DNA of 64,000 bases from Podarcis melisellensis (taxonomy: Eukaryota). How positions within the stretch are numbered: the first letter of the stretch is position 1; each line of letters opens with the position of its first letter. The position numbers were made by a program, and so were the translations under genes. The notes beneath the pieces were generated by a model, which was given only the letters and a program-made list of their open reading frames with translations, did not search any database and was not told where the DNA came from. Where the stretch lies: NCBI GenBank assembly GCA_964234715.1, contig OZ174276.1; one strand, written 5' to 3'. Shown in pieces: positions 11,601 through 63,730 of this stretch.

Positions 11601-14600
11601 AAAACATTTTTAATAATAATAATAATAATAATAATCCAGGACTTTTAAAGTCTTTTATAGCTTTAAACTGTTTCAACCTTATTATTTTATTCTCACCTCC
11701 TTGTATTTTAGGTCGCATTGTTTTTAATTGATACTTTTTATTTCACTACTCAATCAATTTTAATTTACTTTCTTTTATGTAGTAAGCTGCCTGAAGAACC
11801 TTGTTACAGAGTAGCCTATAAATAAATGTAAAAGCACAGTGTTGACACCTCAAGTTTACCAAGCCATTCATCATCTAAAAGGGCTGAACTATGAAAGAAA
11901 TTTTCACTTTGCTAACTGCCATACATAGATTTTCAAAATGACATGCATAACTATTAACAATGGATCTGCACTATAAAAGATAGTGAAACTGTCACCTGCA
12001 TGTGTGTGTCTACACATGTACACACACACACCAGCTTATCTGCTGCCTTTGGATATTAAAGGGAAAAAACTACTCATGTTTCTAATAAAGCTAGACAATC
12101 CTATAATTGCCTGTCAATAAGTCACATTGAACTCAAGGGTGCTTGTTATTGAGTAGATATGTATAAGACTATACTGCATGGCTTCAATCCTATGCACACA
12201 GTGGGACACACTTCTGAACAAACATATACAGGATTGCACCAAGAGACACAAGCAAGAGACAAAGAAATTTAACATTACCTCCTCTTTGATTTCTTCCTTG
12301 ACCTGACACACAGGCTTCAACTCTGGCTTTGCTGGTTCATTGGGAGCTAGGTAATCCTTGGTGTATAGGCTCTCAAAGAGTTTATCAACAAAGCCTGAGG
12401 TTTCTGGAAGAGACATACAGAAAAAAGGAATCATTCCAAAAGAGATCCTACTCCCTAGTTTTATATTAATCACACTTCTGCTGTTTTGATCCAGGCCAGT
12501 TGAGTTCATTGTACCTGAAAGAGCACTGGTCTAGTTTTCTCATTAGCAAAAAGTCTGCCATGCTACACTGCAAGTCTCTTTAAAAGTAAGGAGTATTTAA
12601 AAATTCATTTGCCAAGTGACACGGAGGTCTAACAGTTGAAGGAAATGAAATGTTCCACAAAAGTACACTCTTGTATGGTGTTGTCCTCTACCTAAACTAG
12701 CCCTTTGGATCTACGCCATATGTTCTCAAAAATGCATTAAAACCTATTGGTTAATCATTTTGTGTACAGAAAAAGATGGTGTAAGTGTTGGTGTAAGCAA
12801 ATGGAGCTTGGCGATTCCTTCCAATCCTGGAGTTCAAAAGCAGTGGTGAAGATGAATGCTGCTTCCTCACCAGCCCCATAGTTAGGAGCATATACTTGAT
12901 TTTGGCTTTGCACCTGCCAGGCCCAAGAACAGGATCATAAGCATCCTCTACAACCTTCTTGGAAGCAATTCAACTATAGTTTGTGAGCTTTCACCATAGT
13001 TAAGATCAACCAGTCTATGGTTCAGACAACTCACTAAACTGTAATTAATCTAATTACAATTTAGTCAGTACTAAACTATGGTTTAGTATTACATTGAAAT
13101 GCAGCCAATGTTTTGTGGCTTATATTCAAACACTTTGTGATTCATATTTGTATTTCATAGCTAACACATGCTACACTAACTTAGAGATGAACTGGTTTGT
13201 GCCATAATAAAATTGTGCTCTAGTTATTTATATTTTTTTGTTCTCGTAAGTTAATATGGATACTCTTTGGCCAATGTAAAGATGTATTTCTCCAGTAATT
13301 GTGCATAGAAGTTAAAACTATCTGTGACGGGGGGGGGGGGAATGTTTCACACTCTTATATACTGCTTAATTGTAAATAGGCAAAGTTCCTTTATAAGTAC
13401 AGTACAATTGTTTTACTGAGAAGGCCAAACATTTATACAGTTGGAGCTGCTATCATATAACTAAGCTCCATCTAGGTGACCCTTGGGGGTCCCTTCGAAC
13501 TCTACAAATCTATGATTCTATCTCCAGGTTTCCTACCACCATATTCACAAAATCCTGCCATTAGTAAAAAATAAAATAAAATAAAATAAAATAAAATAAA
13601 ATCACAGCAGTACCTTTTTGCAGAAAGACATCTAGCTGATCAGCGCAGAAAGCCTTCAGTTCTTTTTCTGGTTTATCTTTTTTTACCAATGCCACAACAT
13701 AGTTAGCCAAGGCTGATGGATCGGCATCACATCTAAGGAAAAAAATACTGCTATCGTTATGTAACTTACAGCATTATGAGTCTAATACACAATGAAGCAT
13801 TACAATGGATTCCTCTTCAGTGAAGACATGTCATTAAGCATGAATATCTCCCCTCATTATTAAGCAGCATGTCCCACAAATTTTAGTGGGCCATGCTTCC
13901 AAGTACATATGGTTAGGCTAGCAGGCTTAGAATGAAGTCTTCTAATTCAAGGGTGGATAGAACATCTTGCTATTGTTTTAATTTAACTAGTGCTCGATAC
14001 AAAAATAGAATTGATACAAAAATAGAAATTATGTTGAACAAATGCTATACAAACAAACAAGCAAACCTACTACTCAGTATAATTTTGACAGCTCCATGGA
14101 AGAACTAAGAACATAAAAGAGCCCTGCTTGATCATGCCATGGCCCATCTAGTCCAATTCCCTGTTTTCACCATGGCCAACCTATGAGAAGCAAGCAGGGC
14201 ATGACTGCAGCAGGGCTCTCCCCAATTTTGATTTCCACGTTTGAGCAAATAATTACTATTCTACCCTCAAAGTGTCCTTTGTGAGGTTTTTAATTCAGCT
14301 GAATTAAAAACTTCCTCTTTGCTCCTGGATGCTGAACCACAAATGGCTTAATTACCTGGGCAACTGGGCCATAGCAAAATGGTACGACATATGATTGGCA
14401 TGCAAAGAGTATCAGTTTAATGCCTGGAGACTCCAGTTAAAGTCTAGATAGGACCCTGGCATAAGACTCAAGATAGCAAACTCAACAATAATGTGAGATG
14501 GACCAAAGGATCTGGCTCAGTATAAGGTAGCTGTAGATATTCAAGAAATCTAAAACATACGGTAAATTAGAGACATTTTTCTACTTTTCGTATGTTAAAT

Positions 14601-16854
14601 GAAGCACAATTTTATGACCGGTTCTGAAACCAGGACTGAAAAAATGCATGTTGATCTAACAAGGACATAATATTCAAAACTAGGTTTCAGCAACTGTATT
14701 TACATACAGCTGTGACTGCAAGCATAAGCCAAACAACTATCAGTATTAACCAAATATGTCATTTAGCAAATTAACCAAAATGGTTTGTCCAGAAACTACT
14801 ATGCACAACTAAATATACTGGGTGAAATTTAATGTTGCGCTATGATAAGCATTCCATCTGCACAAGCTTATACAGTAGCCAGAAAGAACGATTTATTCTA
14901 CACCCCCCCCCGGTGTACTAGGGGTTCTCCTAACCCTCCTGAGCCAATTTCAGGGGGCAAGCAGGGGGAGGAGAGTGGGGAAGCCCCATTGCACAAACAG
15001 AAGCCCTTGCCCAGGACTTTCACTCATAGAGTTTGCTAGGTGAATCCCACCCACAGTAAAGAATTTAGGAACTTTTCATGGTCATAATTATGCAAGTCTG
15101 CAATTATGGATTAAATGCCAAAATTGCCCAGAAATGCAAATGTGAAATTGCTGCTTCTTTATTGTTTAATAATAAATCAGAATTTTGTAGTAGTTGAAAT
15201 AGGAAATGCGTATTAAAGCCAACAAAAACACAAAGGCAGGATAATTAGCACTTGAAATGTCTTCAAGGAACTGGGCAGGCATTTGGAAATTAATGCTTCA
15301 CAGCATAGAAGTACACATTAAGATTATACAAATGAGACAGAAATGCACTCTGTCTATTTACAACAAGGTAGTTCAAGTTTACTTTTAACCCACTCTTGGC
15401 ATATTCAAGGGTGTCTGTAGTCTTAACTCTCTGTTCAGAACTTTAAACTGAAGTCACATATCAATTCAAGCTAATAGTTTAGTGTAGAGTACTTGCTCCC
15501 AAAGTTAAGTGCAGGGAAGTTGACATGTTAGCTCCTGGGCCAAAAATTAACAGACCAACTGCAAAAATATATATAATATAAGATTTCTGTCTAGTATCTC
15601 TGCCTGCTTATCACTGATGCAGTGATATACACTTAGAATTTAAATGTCAGCTTGACAAAACACCAGCTTATTAAGCAACAATGTCAAGCTCTCGGTATAT
15701 ATTCAGGATGGGGAACTGTATCTTAACAGTGGTCCAAAACTCCCCTACTCCCATGGGCCACTTTGACAACTGCAGCTATGGGAGATAGCAAGGCGGGGTG
15801 TTGCTGTGAATCCCTCCAAAAGGAGGGGTCATATCATAAAGACACCACAGTCTCCACTGTGCCTCATTTCCAAAAAGTAAACACAGACCCTGGGTAAGCA
15901 GCCTAAGGAAACCCAAAGCAACTTATAACCAAAAGCTTGCAACTAAAAATAAAAACACAATCAAGATTGCCCTCTTTCGTCTGAAGTGCTCTTTTAAACT
16001 GCCCTAACAAACAACTTATCAACCCCCAACATTTCAGATGTTATGACAAAGGGATGAACACAGGACGGGACAACATTTTGTCTCCACTGTCGCACTCCTG
16101 CAGTAAGGCACCCTTGGCCTAATGCTGCATGTTTAAATTTTCAAGGAGCTGCTCTGAAGAGTAGTTCCCCTGGTTTTGTTAAAGTGATATATACTGTGGT
16201 AGCTATGCATTATAAAACAATTAGTCACCAGATTACAGTTTGGAAGAACTAGGAGCAAGTGCAGAAGACAGAAAGCAGCACCCCTCTTGAAATGGTAACC
16301 CTGCATAGCTAAATAAGCTCAGCACCTACTCTTTCCGTGTGTGTGTGTGTGTGTCCCATCCAAACAACCAACTTCCTCACGCGGCCCCTCAGCGGCCTCC
16401 CCGCCCCATAACCACTTATAACCTTAACCTCGTTCCTGAGGCACACCCCTAGTTGACGCCAGTTGCCCCGCACCCCCTGCCGACCCACAGCAGCTCTCCA
16501 CGAATCCCCTCTTGCCGCCGCCTCCTGGCACTAAGCCCATCCCAGCACATGTACCCCAGGACTTGAGGCATTTTACCAGTACCGACCCCCCCCTCACCTA
16601 TTCATTCACCCCACTGACACTTTAGCAAGGAGCCCCCACATATACGTAACTCCTCTTCCCCAGCTCGGCCCCCCCCTTTCCTCGGTTGCCTCTCACCCCT
16701 CGGCTCCCTTCTCCCACATGGGAAGGCCTCCACCGCCGCCGCTGCCCCTCGCCCTCCTCTTCCACTCCCCACAACCAGCCCCCCGCCGCACTCACATTGG
16801 CTCCAGCAACTTGGCCAGCCAGGATTTGAGCGCGTCCACGTTCTCTATGATCAT
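52..16854 (-). CDS. RBM27: RBM27 (RNA-binding motif protein 27; PWI, RS-rich, CCCH zinc finger), multi-exon, 5' portion only; continues beyond the left edge
   Basis: Spliced translation MIIENVDALKSWLAKLLEPI-CDADPSALANYVVALVKKDKPEKELKAFCADQLDVFLQK-ETSGFVDKLFESL...RGRSKSRSKSRGLSRS...KRRCRDYD-ERGFCVLGDLCQYDHGNDP...TYEPDGYNPEAPSIT matches RBM27. All junctions are GT-AG and in frame; head-to-head with LARS1 as in mammals. Confidence 0.97.
612..1210 (+). mobile_element. Degenerate 3' fragment of an L1-clade LINE (ORF2 C-terminal Cys-rich region, 3' UTR, AATAAA/A tail)
   Basis: Frameshifted translation TPVRLAKINP...CWKDCGKRASFIHVW*ECPYIENFW...LVTAA...W fits the L1 C-terminal CxxC...HxWWxC pattern; AATAAA at 1184 followed by T/A run. 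Confidence 0.7.
1317..1451 (-). CDS. RBM27: RBM27 exon 8 (135 nt)
   Basis: cattccag|; RPPLSQASLINSRDQPGTTTVPSLAPVGARLPPPLPQNLLYSVSE; A|GTAAGG. Confidence 0.93.
1600..1745 (+). mobile_element. L2-type LINE fragment
   Basis: SLHPYNWLSVCSRLQHKLLILSLKAL resembles the L2 ORF2 motif LHWLPVxxRIQHKLLxLTFKAL. Confidence 0.55.
2117..2810 (-). mobile_element. Copy 1 of an unclassified interspersed element (probable non-autonomous DNA transposon), interrupted by (TTA)n
   Basis: Reverse complement aligns by eye with 18500-19435 (shared blocks GCATGCTGAGTAAAGGTGGC, GTGGCAAAGArTTTAGyAATTTCC, CTACCATTTTrTGACTrGTGGGCCTC). Confidence 0.65.
2594..2637. repeat. (TTA)n microsatellite, about 14 units
   Basis: Direct reading of the sequence. 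Confidence 0.95.
5791..6021 (-). CDS. RBM27: RBM27 exon 7 (231 nt; CCCH finger C-half and Pro-rich region)
   Basis: ttttacag|; ERGFCVLGDLCQYDHGNDPLVVDEVSLPSMIPFPPPPPGLPPPGMLMPP...IPIP; A|GTAAGA. Confidence 0.95.
6244..6504 (-). CDS. RBM27: RBM27 exon 6 (261 nt)
   Basis: tttttccag|; DHRDRAKFKCERSDMESS...NTTESWSNYYNNHS...PPKRRCRDYD; G|GTAAGT. Confidence 0.95.
7177..7388 (-). CDS. RBM27: RBM27 exon 5 (212 nt, RS-rich)
   Basis: ttaatag|; TRERKRDDGKWRDYDRYYERNDLYRDKYDWRRGRSKSRSKSRGLSRSRSRSRGRSKDQEANKERDANRNV; G|GTGAGT. Confidence 0.95.
7745..7870 (-). mobile_element. MIR-like SINE fragment
   Basis: ttttatcctcacaacaaccctgtgaggtaagttaggct core; a related copy lies at about 50500-50665. Confidence 0.6.
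8059..8150 (-). CDS. RBM27: RBM27 exon 4 (92 nt)
   Basis: tctttag|; PFQETFEDEREGKKKKYTSPQKNRSDSNEQ(R); AG|GTTAGT. Confidence 0.9.
8340..8620 (+). mobile_element. L2-type LINE 3' end
   Basis: ends ...aaactgccctg...ggatgaagggtggtataaa; the same tail recurs at about 43270-43330 and 51600-51650. Confidence 0.55.
8900..9900 (-). mobile_element. Degenerate L2-clade LINE reverse-transcriptase fragment, split by a hAT MITE
   Basis: ORF 9652-9897 reads FQLAFRP...ETALV...LIFLDLSALFDTIDHNILTERL (L2 DLSAAFDT motif); downstream RT-like remnants. Confidence 0.75.
9396..9563. mobile_element. hAT-type MITE (168 bp) with internal TTAGGG-containing 22-mer repeats
   Basis: Perfect 17-bp TIR CAGTGGCGTAGCGTGGG; perfect 8-bp TSD GTTCCATG at 9388-9395 and 9564-9571. 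Confidence 0.92.
10765..11185 (-). mobile_element. Probable RTE-like LINE 5' fragment (family uncertain)
   Basis: gttttccttctcctagatgggctaccctcccaggttgac motif resembles RTE 5' regions; composition differs from the flanks. Confidence 0.35.
12279..12403 (-). CDS. RBM27: RBM27 exon 3 (125 nt)
   Basis: cttccag|; ETSGFVDKLFESLYTKDYLAPNEPAKPELKPVCQVKEEIKEE; |GTAATG. Confidence 0.95.
13566..13602. repeat. (AAAAT)n, i.e. a U-rich tract 12 nt into RBM27 intron 2
   Basis: Direct reading of the sequence. Confidence 0.9.
13614..13732 (-). CDS. RBM27: RBM27 exon 2 (119 nt, PWI domain)
   Basis: ttccttag|; CDADPSALANYVVALVKKDKPEKELKAFCADQLDVFLQK; AG|GTACT. Confidence 0.95.
14365..14545 (+). mobile_element. 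Degenerate tRNA-derived SINE
   Basis: tRNA-like head (gggccatagc...tggt...gcatgca) and gagatggaccaaaggatctggctcagtataaggtagct tail; reverse-oriented tail at about 3770-3830. Confidence 0.5.
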
Positions 16855-17620
16855 GATGGTGGCGGCGGCGGCGCTGCTGCTGCGGCGGCTACACTCCGGG
16901 CAGCATCTCTCCGGCTCCCTTCCCCCACCCGCCGCTCCCCCGCGAGCAGTTACTCGCCCGCGGCAGCTCCCCCGCTGTCCTGTCGCCCAGGCAGGGCCTA
17001 AGAGTCAGACCAGGAACTAGCTGAGCCGAGAGCGCAGCCGAACCTGCTGGGTGCCGGAGAGGGGGAAGGGCGGGGACCCGGTCTCCCGGCGGAGCCAATC
17101 GCGTGGCGAGGCCCCGAGCCGAGCGAGCCAATCCGCGGCCGCGGGAGGTAGTGGGCGAGCGGGTGTGGGAGGGGGGTGAGTGGTGAAAGGCCGCAGCAGG
17201 CTAGGTCGAGGCAGCACGCGTGAAACCCTTTGCGGGCGCGCGAGCAACGTGAGCGGGGAAGAGGAGGGGGGGAGTAACAAGGGTCGGCACCGCTCCCGAG
17301 GGCCCGGTGGCTTCGAGCCAGGCCTCGGCACGCCGCGTAGACGGCGCTCGGGAACGTGCGCAGTGACTGCGAAGAAAGGGGTTGTCTCTGAGCGCGTGCA
17401 GAGTCCAGTCCCGTCCCGAACAGACACAGGCATACACACGCACACAACCAGTGGATGGGACTGCAACCAAATAAAGTATGGTATGTCCTCTGCGTTTTCC
17501 AAAGCGTGGAAGGATAGCTTCCATTTTATTTCTAGCAAGTGGAAGGTCGCTTGCGAATAATTGGTCCCGAGCTCAGTGGAATACGTATTAGGAGTCAACG
17601 TACGTAGGAATCTTTCTTAG
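16380..17620 (-). promoter_or_regulatory. CpG island / promoter and 5' UTR of RBM27
   Basis: GC- and CpG-rich over exon 1; GC box GGGCGGGG at about 17068; CCAAT boxes at 17095 and 17128; GCC/GCA triplets just before the ATG. Confidence 0.85.
16796..16854 (-). CDS. RBM27: RBM27 coding exon 1 (59 nt)
   Basis: GCCGCCACCATC-ATG; MIIENVDALKSWLAKLLEP(I); donor AT|GTGAGT. Confidence 0.95.
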
Positions 17621-18499
17621 CGACATTTCTTTGTAAACTGCAATCCTAAACACGCGTACTAGAAAGTTCTGAGCTTGCGTGTGCTCCAATGGGGGTGGGG
17701 CCCTCATGGCATCTAAACCCCGCCCCCTTGGTATGTAGAGATTTTAACCAAATCTCCCGGTGTTAGCTATAAGGGGTTGCCCCCTGGCCCCACCGTGACT
17801 GGAACACTGTCAGCGATCTGGACTTAAGCTTTGGATTGTGCCGTGCAGAACTCGTCTTTTCCCGTAGGAAATTGGTCTGATCTGTGCGTCTCTATTTCTA
17901 GAGATGTGCTTGCAAGGTGCGATCCTGCTTTGTTCTGCAATATTACGTTTAGTATCCGTTTCAAGAAAGCTTATACACACTTACCTGGGAGTAAATCCCA
18001 AAGGAGACAATAGGGCTTCTAAGTACAGTATTGGATCGTGCAGCAGTGCACTCAACAAAACAAGAAACAACCAGTTCCAATTGAGATTGATGATGTCTGA
18101 AACAAAGGATATGGTAACAAAGTGCATTACTGGATTTTTTTGGGGGGGAGAAATCACTTGACATGCATTAAGTCCACAACTTAAGTGAGGGTTATGTTCT
18201 GGGGATTGCACCTAAAACTAAAATTGTGTATAGTGAAAACAACATTGGGTTCAATGGCGGGTGGGATTGGCATAGTTACTTTTCCCAGAACCTTGCTCCC
18301 TCTTTAATTTTTCTTTTGCAGTGTGCATAAGTTAAATGCGTGTAAGTTGCGGGCTTACTGTACTGTGAAAGGAAAGCAGCAAACAATAAAGTTGAACCAT
18401 TCTTCCTGATATGAAAGTTTCTTTGAATTCTAGGACTTATGACACTTATGATACACTTATGTACACACATCTATTATAAGGTTGTCTGAAAGCTCTAGA

Positions 18500-19435
18500 C
18501 ATTGTGAAGCTGGGTACATGACGGTCCTCAGACCATTTCAGGTGGGCCTCAGTGCCAGAGCCTGTTTAGGGCCTCTTCTCTTGTCTGCCCTGCTCCATAG
18601 CCATTCCATAGCCTTATAGTTAGAGCAACTCCTTGCATGCTGAGTAAAGGTGGCTGGGAGACAGATGAAGGGAAGGAAGTTCTTCCTTTGAAAGAAAAGA
18701 GCCACAAGACCTGTTGAAAGAAATTAGAAAGGGAGTTAAAAGGCTAATTATCATAATTGTTAATATTTAAAATAATAAGAAATAAACTCTGAATAATAAT
18801 TATTAGCAAATTGGGAACTTAAAGGAAGGTCATAAGAGTAGAAAGCTGTTATAGAGGAGTAAGAAGTTATTAAATAAACTGGTAGCCTGGGAATGGAAGG
18901 AAATAAAGTACAGGTGGAGTTTGAAAGGAAAATGGGAGAAGAAATCACAGATTGATAAAAATACTTCAAAAGTTTTCTGAGAGTGGGAAGGGGAAAATGT
19001 AAAAGAAAAAGCATTCTCCACTTAGAGCCTCTGGATCAGGAAATTCTACCCAAAATGGAGAGGCTAAGTTACAATACATTGAGAGTAAATGTCTTTACTT
19101 ATCTTGAGAAACACTGAGCTATGGAATTCCTTGGCTTGCACAAGAAAATGCTGTGGCAAAGAATTTAGTAATTTCCGAAGATGGATTAGATATTAGTAGA
19201 AAGCGAAAGTACCGGTAATTGCCAATTGTAAACATCTTTGATGGGTTTTGTTTTCTGTAAACTACTTACAAGTGGTTGTTGTCTTTAACAACCAAGCAGT
19301 TATATACATTTTATGAAATAAATAAAATACTGCCACACTCTGCCTTCATCTGCCACCATTTTGTGGCTGACACTGCCCTTAGACTACCATTTTATGACTG
19401 GTGGGCCTCTGTAATTTTCAGCTGGCTCAAGCCTG
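18500..19435 (+). mobile_element. Copy 2 of the unclassified element (about 0.9 kb) between the RBM27 and LARS1 promoters
   Basis: Colinear similarity with the reverse complement of 2117-2810; ends in ...AGCCTG. Confidence 0.65.
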
Positions 19436-20853
19436 TCGATAGAAGGTTCAACACCCGCGGCATGAACCCAGTTGGTTTAACTAAACTTTTAGTAGTGTGT
19501 CACTCCAATTTATTATGTACATGAGCATACCATAATAAATATTATTTTGCTTTCTGATAGCAGGCAAAGATACATAGCTATATTAAGAACAATGGGTAAA
19601 CAGCAGTTTTGAAATGGCAGCCATTTTGAAACACTCAGTGATGTCTGTTAAAACAGTACTGTATATTAGCTTCACCTGGTTAAAGAACAACAGCATAACA
19701 CCCTAGCTATTTGAGGTACTAAAGCTTGTATTCTGTAAGTTTCACACCCTGCTGCAGAACAAAGGTATAGAATGCACAATAAATTTGTTTAATTTTAATT
19801 TTAACATTACTGTATTCTATCATGTTTTTAAGTGGACCTTAGGTTTTGTCTATGGATCTGTATGAATGAATACCATGTATAATCTGCAAACTGAACCAGT
19901 GTCTTGGGGCTAATATAGTTTCATGTTAAAGCTTCTGATCATTCCTTCATACCTTTCTATTTTTGAAACACAGGCTTTGACAAAGGCTTCTCATGGTTTC
20001 AGCACATTTATTTTACAGCACATTTTATTTATCATACATTTCCACACAGAACACAGTGGGACAATCCCAGGTGAATGGGTAAACGGGAACACTAACCCCA
20101 GTTAGTTTGAAGTAGTTGGCATAGTGAATTTGGTGGGATTCGTATCTGAAAACATGCACACAAAGATTGTTTTGGGTGTCTTCCATCCTCTGCACCCTGA
20201 CTGCATGTGACTTTGGAGGTGCAGAAGCTGTTTCCCGTTTTTTAAGGTTTTTCTACAACTTTCAGAGACTTTGAATGCTTATGAGAGAACTATGCAGAAA
20301 ACTATTCTGTCAAAATACATACATAGTTTCTGCTCCTGTTAAAGCTCTTAGGGCAGGACTCCTGCAATACTATCGCATAGCCAAAACGGGCTCTTTATAA
20401 ACGTGAAGGAGGAACCAAAGGATATTCTCAAGCTGTCAATTCTTCGTAGTCACGTGGACAAAGCGGGAGGGTGGAGGAAACAACAACGAAAAGGGCCGCT
20501 TTAGCGCCCTCCCCCTGCGGAATCGGGCCAAGAAAATTTAAGGTTCGGACACCCCTGTTTTTAGACATTGGTGCGGCTCTCAGCCCCTGTGCATGAGGGG
20601 AATTGTAGTATTCCGTTCTAGGAAAGCTCGGCTCGTGAAGAACTACCCGGCCAGCGCGATGCCTTTCGGGAGTCGCAGTTCTACAGCCTTGTCAACGTTT
20701 GCTTTCGCGGCGTGTGGACTCCAGCTCCCGACAGCCTTTGCGAAGGAAGCGGATGACATCTGCGCTCGCGTTGCATTGTGGGGGAACCGGCAGCGTGGAG
20801 TGGAGCAGGCTCGAGCCGTGAGAGCAGCTGTTGGCTGAAGAAGCTCGGGAGCG

Positions 20854-61195
<40,342 letters not shown>

Positions 61196-61350
61196 ATTTT
61201 TGCATCGAGCTGGGATATGAATGTTTTAAATAACATGAACAGCTTTCAAGCGATCTAGTGGACCACAACAAATTTAATTTCTTGCTTGGGGAGGGGAAGG
61301 AAACTTAATCTTGCATGTAGATCAGGGTCCTTAATTTTTAAATGTGGTAT

Positions 61351-61356
61351 AATAAA
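61351..61356 (+). terminator. Probable LARS1 polyadenylation signal AATAAA
   Basis: First AATAAA about 155 nt after the stop codon, followed by T/GT-rich sequence (tgtgactttctttt). Confidence 0.65.
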
Positions 61357-63508
61357 TATATTTTCCATCCCCTGTGACTTTCTTTTGAAAATAATCTCAC
61401 TGACCTAAATCAAGACACAGTTCAGAAACACCTTTTTAAAAATGCATGAAAAATGACACACACAAGAGTGTGCAATACAAACATCTTAGGGCCGTGATAG
61501 ACTTCTGGTGTTCACGTTGGAATATTCAGAGTTGAAAGATGGTGGAGCCATACATGCATGTGGTTGCATTTCCTCAGCAGCCTTCTTTATTTTATTTTTT
61601 TTAAAAGAAAGGCAGAGGAAGGAGAGCAGTCTGTAGAGGCAGCAATTTCTGAGGAGCCATTCCACTGCTTATGTTTTCCACCCTTGACTTCATCACTTTG
61701 TTCTTGCACCAGATCCATCCCTCTCTTGTTCTCTGGCCCTTTTTTGCAGTGGTGGGTGGGTTGGAGGGAGTCCCTTCTGGTGACTAAGTGAGGCATGCAC
61801 AACTGCTGTGGCAGAAGAGGAAAGCTAGCAAGGCTCAGGAGGAGTTGGGATCAAAGGGAAGTCATGGGCTAGATGAGGCGGCTCCATGGGTCTCTTGTGC
61901 TCCCTGGGTCAGCAGTTCCTCATCCCTGTACTGCACCATAAATCCCTTTACCTACCTGTCTACTCTTTCCAACTATAACTGAGGATGGGAAGCTGTGTCT
62001 GACCAAGCTGTTCCATAGCTGGATAACTCTAGACTGAATGCAGTGGAGACAGTGCCCTGCTAAAGTGCTGACCTGGTTCTATGGTGGTACTGTGATATTA
62101 ATGTGTTAGGGAGGGGAGGTGATAAAGAAGGTAAAGGTGGGCATTTCACAAGAGCATGTTTCAGTTTTATTTTACTTAAATGGGGTACTTTCTATTACCA
62201 TTTCCAAAGCATCGTACAATTTTACCAATAAGTTGTACAAGTAAAATACTTAATGCTGGCAGTGGCAAAAACCGTGCTGTGGAGCATACTTTTATTTTAA
62301 CCTGACACTTAATGTTATCAATCCCACGTCTGATCTGGGTTGGTATCACTCTCCCCAAATTCCACCTGCATCACCTTGCAAGGCAAAAGCACCTAGAAGA
62401 TGATTGATTGATGGTGTTTTAACTCTACCACAGCAACAACTGGTGTGCTGCAGCTTGGGAAATTGAGCTGGTTTGAAAACAAAAGTTGGAACTTTCTCCT
62501 AAAGCTCAGAAGCCATTCTAAAGAATGCCTTTGTAAGAAGAAATGCACGTGGTAGTCAACATCAAAGATAAAAGCTGGTGTAACAAACTATGATGTTCAT
62601 CCACCAAAATGTCTGATTTGGAATCAATGTAAAATGCTGTTCACAAACTTCTTGAAATGGGAGTTTCTTTCCTGCTTCCAGAAATTGTTTGAATGTTTGA
62701 AGGTGGATACTCGGAATCGCACCCTACAGTCTTCCTACAAAAACAAAATTCCTCATACCTAGGAAAATCTTGCTTTGCCTTTTTTTTATAAGTGTCAGCT
62801 CCTTGGGAGTCAACATAGTACACCAAGAGGAGGAAAGGTTAAAGCAGGATTATGTGCACCCCATCAGAAGAGATGCTTTTCCATTGTTTGCCATTGCAAG
62901 GCAAGCCCACTCCTTTGCCTGTGGGTCTGTTGATTCATTGATCTTCCATCCTCAGAAGCACAGCAGGCATCTAAGTTACTTACTAACCAGTTCCTTTTTC
63001 CTACTCCAAAAAAAAAAGAGGAGTGGGTAAAGGCTACATCCTCTCTTTTCTCCTTTTTTCAATACTTTGATCATGCTCTCTGCAGCCAGCCAGGCTGCCT
63101 CCCAGCATCTCTCTAACTATAGCATGCCAGCACGAAAATGAGCAGTTCTAACTCTGCAATTATGCTGTCTGCTGAATGCCTGCCTTTGCGGCAAGAGGAG
63201 CCCAAACTGTGGAGGGAGAACAAATTACAGCCAGGGCAGAAGGCTAACTGCGCCCTGTGGCTTGAGAGAGCTGGCAGAAACAGAGGTGGCCTTGGCCCAG
63301 ATCCCCTGTTGGCACACATAAAACTCGGAGAAAGGCAGCACAGATTGTCAGCCCAGCCAAGGGAACCAACAGGCAGCAGCACCATTGTTTTGCAGATGAT
63401 GCTGTCTGCAAGGGAGGGAAATACTTTTAAAAGGAGGGAAAGGGTGGCAATGTGATAACCTAGTAGCCACAGGTATTATAATATGTACAATTGTGGCTCT
63501 GAAAATTA

Positions 63509-63730
63509 CCGCTTTTTTCAGTGTATAAGATGCCCCCATGTGTAAGACACCCAAAATTAAATCAATATTTTAAAATAGTTAGGGTTGCCAAATTTAGGGT
63601 TGCCATATTTCAAGAGCCTGAGCCCAGCCACCCACACCTGAACCCATATGCATTCACCATCTGTGTATAAGATGACCCCCAATTTTTTACTATCTTTTTT
63701 TTTAAGCAAAAAACACACAGAAAAACACAG
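63509..63730. mobile_element. Degenerate Tc2-like MITE
   Basis: TA|CCGCTTTTTTCAGTGTATAAGA ... AGAAAAACACAG|TA; repeated GTGTATAAGA. Confidence 0.55.

Noticed and set aside
16718-17598. Several overlapping 80-193 aa ORFs in the RBM27 CpG island
   Set aside because: GC-rich, stop-poor DNA; low-complexity Arg/Pro/Ala products with no recognisable domain. The true coding part is the 59-nt RBM27 exon 1.
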